DNA of 64,000 nt from Prochlorococcaceae cyanobacterium (GTDB lineage: Bacteria; Cyanobacteriota; Cyanobacteriia; PCC-6307; Cyanobiaceae). A program made the position numbers and the translations under genes. Shown piece by piece: positions 49,841 to 58,360 of this stretch; the first letter of the stretch is position 1, and every line of letters starts with the position of its first letter. Location of the stretch: contig JBIIIC010000014.1 of assembly GCA_044235095.1 (NCBI GenBank), positions 2,382 to 66,381 on the forward strand, in the 5' to 3' direction. The notes beneath the pieces are model-generated. The model did no database searches, was not told where the DNA came from, and saw nothing but the letters and a program-made list of their open reading frames with translations.

Positions 49841-50635
49841 CTAGGGCAGCACCTCGGGCCAGCCTTGGCGGATCAGCAACAACGAGAAGTATGGCTGCTC
49901 GCTGGCGGGCACCGCGGCAGCTGGGGCGATCAGCTGATCAGGCCAGCCCACCCGCTGGGCAAACAGGGCTCCCTCCAGCACCCCTCGTTCGGCCAGCAGC
50001 GGCCGCACCCAGGCCCAGCGGCGGCCCAGCTTGAGCAGAGCCAGCACGGTGCCGCTGGCCGCGGCCTGCTCCAGCAGGGCCACCAGCGCAGCGGGCGTCT
50101 CGGGGGTGGGACGGATCAGCAGGCCCTCGCTCTGCAGGGCCAGGGGCCAGGCGATCCCCTGGCTGGAGGCCGCCGCGGCTGCGGCACAGGCCGCCGGCAC
50201 TCCGGGAATCAGGCGCAGGGGGCAGGCCGGATGGCGCTGCAGCAGGGCCAGCAGCACGTAGGAGCTGCTGGCAAACAGCGAGCCATCGCCCTCACACAGC
50301 AGCACCACCGCCGCCCCGGCGGCCACCACCGCCGCCAGGGCATCGGCCGCCGCCTGCCAGGCGGCGATGCGGGGCGCCGCCTCGCTCACCATCGGGAACA
50401 GCAGCGGCAGGCGCCGCTGGCCGGCATGGATCCAGGGGGCCGCGATCGCCGCGGCCATGCCCTCCCCCCCCTCTCGGGCCACCGGATAGGCCACCACCGC
50501 CGCGGCCTGGATCGCCCGCACCGCCGCCACCGTGAGCAGCTCCGGATCCCCCGGGCCCACGCTCACCAGCGTGAGACCGGGCACCGCGCTGGCGGGGGCG
50601 CTGCCTAGGTTGGGGATCTGCGGCGCCTGCGCCAT
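49841..50635 (-). CDS. cobI: Precorrin-2 C20-methyltransferase (CobI/CbiL)
   Basis: VSVGPGDPELLTVAAVRAI motif. The ATG at 50635 overlaps the divergent mtnD start. GTG at 50584 gives a more typical N-terminal length. Confidence 0.85.
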   Translation of the reverse strand: MAQAPQIPNLGSAPASAVPGLTLVSVGPGDPELLTVAAVRAIQAAAVVAYPVAREGGEGMAAAIAAPWIHAGQRRLPLLFPMVSEAAPRIAAWQAAADALAAVVAAGAAVVLLCEGDGSLFASSSYVLLALLQRHPACPLRLIPGVPAACAAAAAASSQGIAWPLALQSEGLLIRPTPETPAALVALLEQAAASGTVLALLKLGRRWAWVRPLLAERGVLEGALFAQRVGWPDQLIAPAAAVPASEQPYFSLLLIRQGWPEVLP

Positions 50636-51218
50636 GAGTCTGCTTGCCCTCTACCGGCACGATGCCAGCACCAGTGATCCGGCGGGCCCGCCCCTGCCGG
50701 AGCTGGTCACCAGCGATCCGGCGCTGATCGTGCAGCACCTGGCCGATCACGGCATCCGTTTTCAACGCTGGCCGGCTCGCCAGCCACTGCCTGCCGGCGC
50801 CGATCAGGAGGCCATCCTGGCCGCCTACGCCGACGAGGTGGCCCAGGTGCAGGCCGGCGGCGCCTACCCCACGGTGGATGCCATCCGCCTGGCACCGGAT
50901 CACCCGGATCGCGCGATGCTCCGCCAGAAATTCCTGGCCGAACACATCCACAGCGAAGACGAGGTGCGCTTTTTCGTGGAGGGCCGGGGCCTGTTCTGCC
51001 TGCACATCGGCGAGGCGGTGCTGCAGGTGCTCTGTGAGGCGAGCGACTGGATCGCCGTGCCGGCCGGCACCAGGCACTGGTTCGACATGGGGCCCGAGCC
51101 CAGCTTCTGTGCCCTGCGCTTTTTCGAAAACCCGGAGGGCTGGGTAGCCCAGTTCACCGGCGACCCGATCGCCGAGCGCTTTCCGCTGCTCGATCAGCTG
51201 CTGGCCACGGCGTCCTGA
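50634..51218 (+). CDS. mtnD: Acireductone dioxygenase (ARD)
   Basis: Internal ATG at 50634. Cupin motifs EHIHSEDEVRFFVEG and HWF. Confidence 0.85.
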   Translation: MSLLALYRHDASTSDPAGPPLPELVTSDPALIVQHLADHGIRFQRWPARQPLPAGADQEAILAAYADEVAQVQAGGAYPTVDAIRLAPDHPDRAMLRQKFLAEHIHSEDEVRFFVEGRGLFCLHIGEAVLQVLCEASDWIAVPAGTRHWFDMGPEPSFCALRFFENPEGWVAQFTGDPIAERFPLLDQLLATAS

Positions 51219-51874
51219 ACCACCCCTGCCGAGTGGAAGCGCACCGTGCCATCGGCTGGCCGGGCAGCAACCAAGGCCTGCACTTCCAGGGCTGCCAGCT
51301 GCTCCAGCCGCTCTATCACCAGCGCCCGTGGCCAACGCTGCTCACACAGCACCCAGTACAGCCCGAAGTGGCGGGCTTCACTGGCCAGCAGCTCCCCATA
51401 GAGCCGCCTGAGCTCCGGATCGGGCGCATGCTCGGCCAACAGCGCCATGCGCTCGTGGCTGCGGGCCTCGATCAACCCCGCCACCAAAAAAGAATCGAGC
51501 ATGCGACCGGGCTCCTCCCGCCGCACCGCCCTGGTGAGCTCTGCGCCGTAGGGCGAGGCCGGCAGGGGCCTCAGCGCGATTCCACGGCGGGCCATCAGGG
51601 CCAGCACGAGCTCGAAGTGCTCCAGCTCTTCACGGGCCAGGGGGCTGAGCACCTCCGCCAGAGCGTCATCGCCGGGGTAGCGAAACATCAGTTGCAGGGC
51701 CACGCCGGCGGCTTTGCGCTCGCAGTGGGCGTGGTCGAGCAGCAGCAGATCCGGCCGCGCGATCGCTTGCTCCAGCCAGGTGGCACTGGTGGAGGCGGCC
51801 AGCCAGCGGATGCGGGCGGCTGCGGCGCTCGGCAGGCTGGCGGCACTGGGCGGGCTGGCGGCAGGCTGAATCAA
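51194..51874 (-). CDS. miaE: tRNA-(ms2io6A)-hydroxylase MiaE
   Basis: Di-iron four-helix motifs [19 protein letters not shown] and EARSHER. ATGA overlap with the aroQ stop. Confidence 0.85.
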   Translation of the reverse strand: MIQPAASPPSAASLPSAAAARIRWLAASTSATWLEQAIARPDLLLLDHAHCERKAAGVALQLMFRYPGDDALAEVLSPLAREELEHFELVLALMARRGIALRPLPASPYGAELTRAVRREEPGRMLDSFLVAGLIEARSHERMALLAEHAPDPELRRLYGELLASEARHFGLYWVLCEQRWPRALVIERLEQLAALEVQALVAARPADGTVRFHSAGVVQDAVASS

Positions 51875-52311
51875 GACTGGCTGCGCAGATGGGCCACCAG
51901 GCCCTCGAGGGCCAAACGGTAACTGCCGGCGCCGAACCCGCAGATCACCCCCACTGCCCCGTCGGCCAGATAGCTGTGGTGCCGGAACGGCTCACGCGCA
52001 TGCACGTTGCTGAGGTGCAGTTCCACGTAGGGAATCGCCACGCCCAGCAGGGCATCGCGCAGGGCGATCGAGGTGTGGGTGTAGGCACCGGCGTTGATCA
52101 GGATGCCGTCCACGGCGCCGCGCGCCTGGTGGATGCGATCCACCAGGGCGCCCTCGTGATTGCTCTGGAAGCACGCCAAGGCTGCCCCCAGCTCGGCCGC
52201 TCCCTGGCACAGCTCCGCGTTGATCTGCTCCAGGCTGGCGCTGCCGTAGAGCCCCGGCTCGCGCGTGCCGAGCAGGTTGAGGTTGGGGCCATGGAGGGCA
52301 AGCAGCTGCAT
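51871..52311 (-). CDS. aroQ: Type II 3-dehydroquinate dehydratase
   Basis: Internal ATG at 52311. [33 protein letters not shown] and HLSN motifs. Confidence 0.95.
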   Translation of the reverse strand: MQLLALHGPNLNLLGTREPGLYGSASLEQINAELCQGAAELGAALACFQSNHEGALVDRIHQARGAVDGILINAGAYTHTSIALRDALLGVAIPYVELHLSNVHAREPFRHHSYLADGAVGVICGFGAGSYRLALEGLVAHLRSQS

Positions 52312-52364
52312 GGGACGGGAAGACCGGCGGGAGGGCCGGCTGGTAAGTTCTCGGGGTGTGGTTC

Positions 52365-52446
52365 GGGTCGGTGCCCGAGTGGTTAATGGGGGCGGACTGT
52401 AAATCCGCTGGCTCTGCCTACGCTGGTTCAAATCCAGCCCGGCCCA
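52365..52446 (+). tRNA. tRNA-Tyr (anticodon GUA)
   Basis: GGGTCGGTGCCCGAGTGGTTAATGGGGGCGGACTGTAAATCCGC... has a long variable arm and the T-arm GCTGGTTCAAATCCAGC. Confidence 0.9.
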
Positions 52447-52456
52447 TCCACCACAC

Positions 52457-52528
<72 letters not shown>

Positions 52529-52699
52529 TCAAAAGGCTGCAAAGGGCAACCGCAGGTTTTCCACGCGAAGCTGCACGCTCGATGATGGCTGTACCAGCTG
52601 GAAAGCTCCAGCTCAACCATCTCCTGCTCGGGATGCATTCCGAAGGTCTGGCATCTGAACGGGACACCATCCAGTCGATCCCAGATGGACGGCATCCAA

Positions 52700-52731
52700 A
52701 TGGAGTGTTTGCTGCATGGAGTGTTTGCTGC
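52700..52731 (+). repeat. Perfect 16-bp tandem duplication containing the response-regulator start codon
   Basis: ATGGAGTGTTTGCTGC occurs at 52700-52715 and again at 52716-52731. Confidence 0.95.
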
Positions 52732-53345
52732 GCTGCCTGATCGTGGAAGATCAGGTGATGTTCGTGCAGCTGCTCAGCAGGCTGCTGTACGGCATGCCTG
52801 GGCTGGAGATCGTGGCGACGGCCACCAGTTGCCGGGAGGGCATGCAGGCCTGTCAGCTGCATCGGCCCGAGCTGCTGATCCTCGATCTGGCCCTGCCTGA
52901 TGGTGAAGGCCTGCAGGTGGCGCGCTTTCTGCGGATGCTGGAACCCGACGCCAGGGTGCTGGTGCTCTCCGCGCAGGCCAGCAGCTTTGTGTGCCCTGAG
53001 GAGCTGGAAGCCATGGTGGTGGGCGTGGTCGACAAGACGTCGACCTACGAAACCCTTGAGGAGGTGATTCACAGCGCCCTCCATCCCCAGAGCGGCAGCG
53101 CCCAACCCGCCAACAGCGACACTGTGCTGGCGCTCGGCCTCACGCCCCGCCAGCGCCAGATCTTCAGCCTGATCGGCCGGGGCCTCACCAGCAAGGACAT
53201 CGCCCGGCTCACCGGCCTGTCGGTGGCCACGGTGGAAACCCACCGCAAGGGGATCGCCCGCAGGCTGGGCCGCAGTGGCGCCGAGCTGGTGCGCATGGCC
53301 GCTCTGCACGGCGACCTGTTGATGCATCCACCGGTGCAGCCATGA
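52716..53345 (+). CDS. NarL/LuxR-family two-component response regulator
   Basis: Receiver domain (LIVEDQ, LLILDLALPDGEG) and a LuxR HTH (LTPRQRQIFSLIGRGLTSKDIARLTGLSVATVETHR). Confidence 0.9.
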   Translation: MECLLRCLIVEDQVMFVQLLSRLLYGMPGLEIVATATSCREGMQACQLHRPELLILDLALPDGEGLQVARFLRMLEPDARVLVLSAQASSFVCPEELEAMVVGVVDKTSTYETLEEVIHSALHPQSGSAQPANSDTVLALGLTPRQRQIFSLIGRGLTSKDIARLTGLSVATVETHRKGIARRLGRSGAELVRMAALHGDLLMHPPVQP

Positions 53346-55849
53346 GCAGCGGCACCGGGCCTGCCCCCAGGCCCACCAGCCACCAGGGGCAGATGCGCCG
53401 CCACCGGCTGGGCCCGCGGCGCCTGATGGGCCGGCAGCTGCGCGAACGACTGGTGCTGGCCACCACCCTGCAGCTGGTGATCGTGAGCAGCGCGATCGGC
53501 AGCCTGGCCTACTTCAGCGGGCGCCGCAGCGGTCTGCAGCTGGCCGAAAGTTTTCGCCAGCAGGCAGCGACCCTGAGCCTGGCCGAACAGCTCTCTTCAA
53601 AGCTGCAGGCCAGCCGCGTGATCAACGAGCTCAACGCCCTCGCCTTCGAGCAGGGAGACCTCCGCCACAACCAACCCGACGAGCTGGCTCGGCGGTTCTG
53701 GAAGCAGATGCAGCTCTACCCGGTGGGCTGCATCAACTTCGGCGGGGTGGATGGCTCCTATATCGGCGTGGAGCGCCGCGACAGCGGCGAGCTGGTGCTC
53801 AACCTCGATGTGGCCGAGGGGGGTGTGGGCCGGGGCCGGCTCGGCATCTACGCCATGGAACCGATCGGGAAGCGGGGCCGGTTGCTGGAGGTGGTGCCCG
53901 GCATGACGCCCACCCACCAGGAGGCCTGGTACACCGAGACCGTGGCGGCCGATCGCCCCACCTGGAGCTCGATCTACCAGTGGGAAGACCGCCCCGAGGT
54001 GTTTGCGATCTCCTTCAACCAGCCGCTGCGCGATCGCCAGAACCGGCTGATCGGCGTGATCGGGGTGGATTTCGTGCTCAGCCAACTGAGCACCTGGCTG
54101 CAGCAGCTCTGGGACCGGCGCAGCGGCATGGCCCTGATCGTGGAGGCCAACGGCATGGTGGTGGCCAGCTCCCGACCGGGCTGGACACTGCAGGTCAGCG
54201 GCAAGGAACAGCGCCGGGTCCGCCTCGATCAACTCACCAGCCCCGCGATCCGGCAGGCCAGCCGCTATTTCTTCGCCCCCCAGGGCGATCAGCTACGGCT
54301 GCGCACCGGCGCCACCGCCCTGCCCCTGCTGGAGAACCGCAGCAGCGGCCACCACCAGCTGATCGCCCTGCAGCCCTGGGGCCAGGAACTGGGGCTGACC
54401 TGGTATCTGCTCACCGCCAAGCCCACCGAAACCGACACCCTCAACGCCGAGCGCGCCGCCCTCGGGGCCCTGGGGTTCAGCGTGGCGGCCCTGGCCCTGG
54501 CATTCCTGCTCACCCGCCAGCTCACGGGCTGGCTGTTGCTGCCCCTGGAGCGGCTGCACCGCGATGCCCGCAGCGCCGCCGCCCAGCTCCAGGCCCAGCA
54601 GGCCGAGGGCAGCACGAGCGGGGGGGTGGCCTTCGCAGGCGAGCTCCCTGAGGATTCGGCTGCCGAAATCAGCGAGGTATCGAACGCCTTTGCCGATCTG
54701 GTGAGCCAGCTCAACCAGCTGGCCACCGCCCTGCGGGAGAAGGAGCAGCGGCTGGAGCAACTGCTCGACGGACTGCCGGTGGCCATTGCCGTGCTCGACG
54801 CCAGCGATCGGGGGCCCGTGCACTTCACCAACCAGGCCTTCCTGCGCAGCTTTGGCACGGCGGCCACCCAGCTCCCCAGCGTGGAATCCTGGCGGCAGCG
54901 CTGGCCCCAGTGGCCGGATCTGGCCGATGCGTCACTGCAGGGTCGCGAAACCCAGATCCGCAGCCAGGCCGGGACACTGCTCACGGTGCTGGTGTGCACC
55001 GGGCACAACGACGGCAGGCGGGTGGAGGCCTATCTCGATCTCACCGCCATACGGCTGGCGGAGCGACAACTGACTGAGGCCCTGGAGCGGGAGCGGCTCA
55101 AGGACGCCGAAACCCTGCTGCTGCTGCACGACAAGCTGCGCAGCAGCCTGCAGGCGGCCGCGGTGGCGCACGAGATCAACCTGCCGCTCAGCAGCCTGCT
55201 GCTCAACGCCAAGTTGCTGCTCGGCCAGAGCGACACCCCCCTGCCTCCCGAGCTGGAGGAGCTGCTGGGGGGAATCGCCCGCAACGCCGACCAGGTGGTG
55301 CTCACGATCGAGAAGATGCGGGCGCTGCTGCGCAATGTGCAGACCAGCCATCAGCCCCTCAACCTGGCCGCTGTGGTGCGCAGCGCGCTCCTCTACCTGC
55401 GGCCCAACCTGCAGGCCAGCGGCATCCAGGTGCAGCGCCAGGGCCTCGACAGCCGTCCCACGGTGATGGGGGATCGGGCCCAGATCCAGATGGCCGTGGT
55501 GAATCTGCTGCGCAACGCCATCGAGGCCCTCGAACAGGCAGCCGCCACCGCCGATGGCCAGCCCCCCCTGATCAGCGTGGAGCTGGTGCAGGACAAACAG
55601 CGGGTGAGCGTGGTGGTGGGCGACAACGGCCCGGGCTTCAGCTCGCCCCAGCTGGCTCGCCAGCCCCTGCAAACCAGCAAGCAAACGGGCACGGGACTGG
55701 GGCTGTTCCTGGCCGAAACCACCATGGCGAACCATCACGGCGAGCTGGTGCTGGGACGCTCCCCCCAGGGCGGCGCCGAGGCCCGGCTCGTGTTCCCGGA
55801 CTGCGGCGAAGGCACCCCCACCACCCTGCCCCCACCCACTTCTCGGTAG
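53342..55849 (+). CDS. Sensor histidine kinase with a large periplasmic (Cache-like) domain, HAMP, PAS, HisKA and HATPase domains
   Basis: ATGA overlap with the regulator. Two TM segments flank about 300 aa. H-box AAVAHEINLPL, N-box LLRNAIEAL, DNGPGF and GTGLGL. Confidence 0.9.
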   Translation: MSSGTGPAPRPTSHQGQMRRHRLGPRRLMGRQLRERLVLATTLQLVIVSSAIGSLAYFSGRRSGLQLAESFRQQAATLSLAEQLSSKLQASRVINELNALAFEQGDLRHNQPDELARRFWKQMQLYPVGCINFGGVDGSYIGVERRDSGELVLNLDVAEGGVGRGRLGIYAMEPIGKRGRLLEVVPGMTPTHQEAWYTETVAADRPTWSSIYQWEDRPEVFAISFNQPLRDRQNRLIGVIGVDFVLSQLSTWLQQLWDRRSGMALIVEANGMVVASSRPGWTLQVSGKEQRRVRLDQLTSPAIRQASRYFFAPQGDQLRLRTGATALPLLENRSSGHHQLIALQPWGQELGLTWYLLTAKPTETDTLNAERAALGALGFSVAALALAFLLTRQLTGWLLLPLERLHRDARSAAAQLQAQQAEGSTSGGVAFAGELPEDSAAEISEVSNAFADLVSQLNQLATALREKEQRLEQLLDGLPVAIAVLDASDRGPVHFTNQAFLRSFGTAATQLPSVESWRQRWPQWPDLADASLQGRETQIRSQAGTLLTVLVCTGHNDGRRVEAYLDLTAIRLAERQLTEALERERLKDAETLLLLHDKLRSSLQAAAVAHEINLPLSSLLLNAKLLLGQSDTPLPPELEELLGGIARNADQVVLTIEKMRALLRNVQTSHQPLNLAAVVRSALLYLRPNLQASGIQVQRQGLDSRPTVMGDRAQIQMAVVNLLRNAIEALEQAAATADGQPPLISVELVQDKQRVSVVVGDNGPGFSSPQLARQPLQTSKQTGTGLGLFLAETTMANHHGELVLGRSPQGGAEARLVFPDCGEGTPTTLPPPTSR

Positions 55850-55924
55850 ACAGCCGATAGTTAACCGGAAGGGGTTCTTAGCGTTGACTTGTGAAATCCA
55901 CAGCGTCCCAGCGGCCGACCGGCC

Positions 55925-56851
55925 ATGCGCGACATCCTCATTCATGGATTACCCGTGCTGGATCTGCTGGAGATCACCGCCAGCACCTCGCAGGTGGCGA
56001 CCTGGCTGAACTGCGACCAGAGCTCCGTATCGCGGCTTTACCGCCATACCAGCAACACCCTGGGGCTCGGGTTTGAGAAGTGCAACGGCACTTACCAGGC
56101 CCAGCGCAACCAGGACGTGCTGTGCTCCCTGCGGCAGGCCTCCCAGTTGCTGCGCCTCCAGCGCGGAGCGCTGCGCTGGGTGGGCACCCCCTGGAACTGT
56201 GCGGTGCTCGCTGCCGCGATTGCGCCGCCCCCCCTGCCACGCCACTGGCTGGGCGAACAGCGCACCCTCGCGTTGCTACAGCAGCACGTGATCGACCTGG
56301 CGGTGATCTCCGGCCTGGATGTGCTCCCGCCTGGCTGGGAAGCCCGCCGATTCCCCTTTCACTTCGGCCAATGGGTGGCCTTTGGCGTGGTGCGCTATCC
56401 GATCGACCTAGCCAGCCACCCCGACCACCCCCTGCAACGGCAGGCCCAGCTGCAACCCGGCGACCTGGCCGGGTACCCCACACCGTCTGGTGCCGCTCAG
56501 CAGTTCCCGGTGCTGAGCGAGTACCTGGCCCAGCTCGGACTGCGGCAGTCCAGGGGCCACCGCTCCAGCCCAGTCAGCGCCACTGGCTCCCCAAGGAAAT
56601 GCCTGGGAGGCTGGGAAGCCAGCACCGCCGACTGCTGCCATGTGGTGCCCAGCAGCACCCTGCATCGCCACGTGCTGGCCGAGCGCGTGCAGCTGGCTCC
56701 GCTGAAACTCAACACCGGCCTGCGCGACATCGACCTGGTGCTGCTGCACCGGGACCACGAGGACAACACTGCCGTGGAGAGGCTGATCGGCTTGATCCGC
56801 AGCACCTACCTGAGCCATTTCGGCCAGCTCGACGGCCTCGACTGGCTCTAG
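55925..56851 (+). CDS. Hypothetical protein with a LysR-like N-terminal HTH
   Basis: 308 aa. LEITASTSQVATWLNCDQSSVSRLYRHTSNTLGLGF resembles a LysR-type HTH. The rest resembles a periplasmic-binding-fold effector domain only weakly. Confidence 0.45.
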   Translation: MRDILIHGLPVLDLLEITASTSQVATWLNCDQSSVSRLYRHTSNTLGLGFEKCNGTYQAQRNQDVLCSLRQASQLLRLQRGALRWVGTPWNCAVLAAAIAPPPLPRHWLGEQRTLALLQQHVIDLAVISGLDVLPPGWEARRFPFHFGQWVAFGVVRYPIDLASHPDHPLQRQAQLQPGDLAGYPTPSGAAQQFPVLSEYLAQLGLRQSRGHRSSPVSATGSPRKCLGGWEASTADCCHVVPSSTLHRHVLAERVQLAPLKLNTGLRDIDLVLLHRDHEDNTAVERLIGLIRSTYLSHFGQLDGLDWL

Positions 56852-56895
56852 GCACCGGGAGCATTTGCCAGGGTGGGAGCAGTTCCCGTGGCCCG

Positions 56896-58272
56896 ATGGT
56901 CCCCACCCTGCCGATCCAGGCCATGCGCGCACCGGTGGAGGAGGGTCACACCCGCCCCCAGGCCTGGCGCCTGGAGCAGCTCGATCGGCTGAGCCGTCTG
57001 CTGGCAGAGCACGAGCAGGAGGTGGCCGATGCCCTGGGGGCCGATCTGGGCAAACCGCCGCTGGAAGCCCACTTCGAGCTGGTGGCCGTGCGCCAGGAAC
57101 TGGCGCTCACCCGCAGGATGCTGCGCCACTGGATGGCGCCGCGGAAGGTGGGGGTATCGCTCGCGCTCAGCCCGGCCCGGGCCTGGGTGCAGGCCGAACC
57201 GCTGGGCTGCGTGCTGATCATCGGCCCCTGGAACTATCCCTTCCAGCTCTGCCTGCACCCGCTGGTGAGCGCCCTGGCCGCCGGCAACACCGCCGTGCTC
57301 AAGCCCTCCGAACACGCACCGCGCACCGCCGAGCTGATCGCCCGGCTGATCGCTGACGCCTTTGAGCCGGATGTGGTGCAGGTGGTGTGCGGCGATGGTG
57401 CCGTGGCCGCCGGCCTGCTGGAGCAGCGGTTTGACCACATCTTCTTCACCGGCGGCGGCCGGGTGGGCCGGCTGGTGATGGCCGCCGCGGCCCAGCACCT
57501 CACGCCGGTGACCCTGGAGCTGGGCGGCAAGAGTCCGGCGATCGTGCTGGCCGATGCCCAGGTCGCCACCACCGCGCGGCGCCTGGTGTGGGGCAAGAGT
57601 CTCAACGCCGGCCAGACCTGCATCGCCCCCGACCACCTGCTGGTGGAAGCACCGCTGGGCGAGCCGTTGGTTGCGGCGATGGCTGCCGAGATCCGGCGTT
57701 TCTATGGGGCTGATCCGCTCCAGTCGCCCGATCTGGGTGCGATCGTGAACCAGGCCCAGTTCGAGCGACTGCGGCGGCTGCTGGAGGGCGCCCAGGCCCG
57801 CGGCCAGGTGCTGGTGGGCGGTCGCTGGAGTGAAGCGGATCGGCGGATCGAGCCCAGCCTGGTGGCGGTGGAGAGCCCCGATGATCCGCTGATGCAGGAG
57901 GAGCTGTTCGGGCCGCTCCTGCCCGTGCACACGATCGCCAACCTGGAGGAGGCCCTGGCCCAGGTGCGCCTGCGGCCCAAGCCCCTGGCGCTCTACCTGT
58001 TCAGCCGCAGCCGCACGGCCCAGCAGCGCACCCTGGCCACCACCAGCTCGGGCGGCGTGTGCTTCAACGACGTGGTGCTCCAGGCCGGGGCTGCGGAGCT
58101 GCCCTTCGGTGGGGTGGGAGAGAGCGGCATCGGTCGCTACCACGGCCAGGCCGGCTTCGACACCTTCTCCCATCTACGCAGCGTGCTGGCCCGGCCCTTT
58201 GCCCTGGATCTGCCCTTCCGCTACCCGCCCTATGCCGGCAAGCTCCCCCTGGTGCGGCGGCTGCTGGGTTGA
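56896..58272 (+). CDS. Aldehyde dehydrogenase (class-3-like, NAD(P)+-dependent)
   Basis: Internal ATG at 56896 of the 730-aa track ORF. GPWNYP, LELGGKSP and GQTCIAPD (catalytic Cys) motifs. Confidence 0.9.
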   Translation: MVPTLPIQAMRAPVEEGHTRPQAWRLEQLDRLSRLLAEHEQEVADALGADLGKPPLEAHFELVAVRQELALTRRMLRHWMAPRKVGVSLALSPARAWVQAEPLGCVLIIGPWNYPFQLCLHPLVSALAAGNTAVLKPSEHAPRTAELIARLIADAFEPDVVQVVCGDGAVAAGLLEQRFDHIFFTGGGRVGRLVMAAAAQHLTPVTLELGGKSPAIVLADAQVATTARRLVWGKSLNAGQTCIAPDHLLVEAPLGEPLVAAMAAEIRRFYGADPLQSPDLGAIVNQAQFERLRRLLEGAQARGQVLVGGRWSEADRRIEPSLVAVESPDDPLMQEELFGPLLPVHTIANLEEALAQVRLRPKPLALYLFSRSRTAQQRTLATTSSGGVCFNDVVLQAGAAELPFGGVGESGIGRYHGQAGFDTFSHLRSVLARPFALDLPFRYPPYAGKLPLVRRLLG

Positions 58273-58360
58273 TCAGGAGCTTTGATCGGCCGAAGGTGAA
58301 CGGCAGGCTGGTCCACCCGGGGTGCCCACCCTATGGTTTGCGGAGCTATCGGTGGTGTCG

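Noticed and set aside
56080-56895. N-terminal 272 aa of the 730-aa ORF preceding the aldehyde dehydrogenase
   Set aside because: It overlaps the LysR-like gene in another frame and is Pro/Arg/Ala-rich. ALDH homology begins at 56896.
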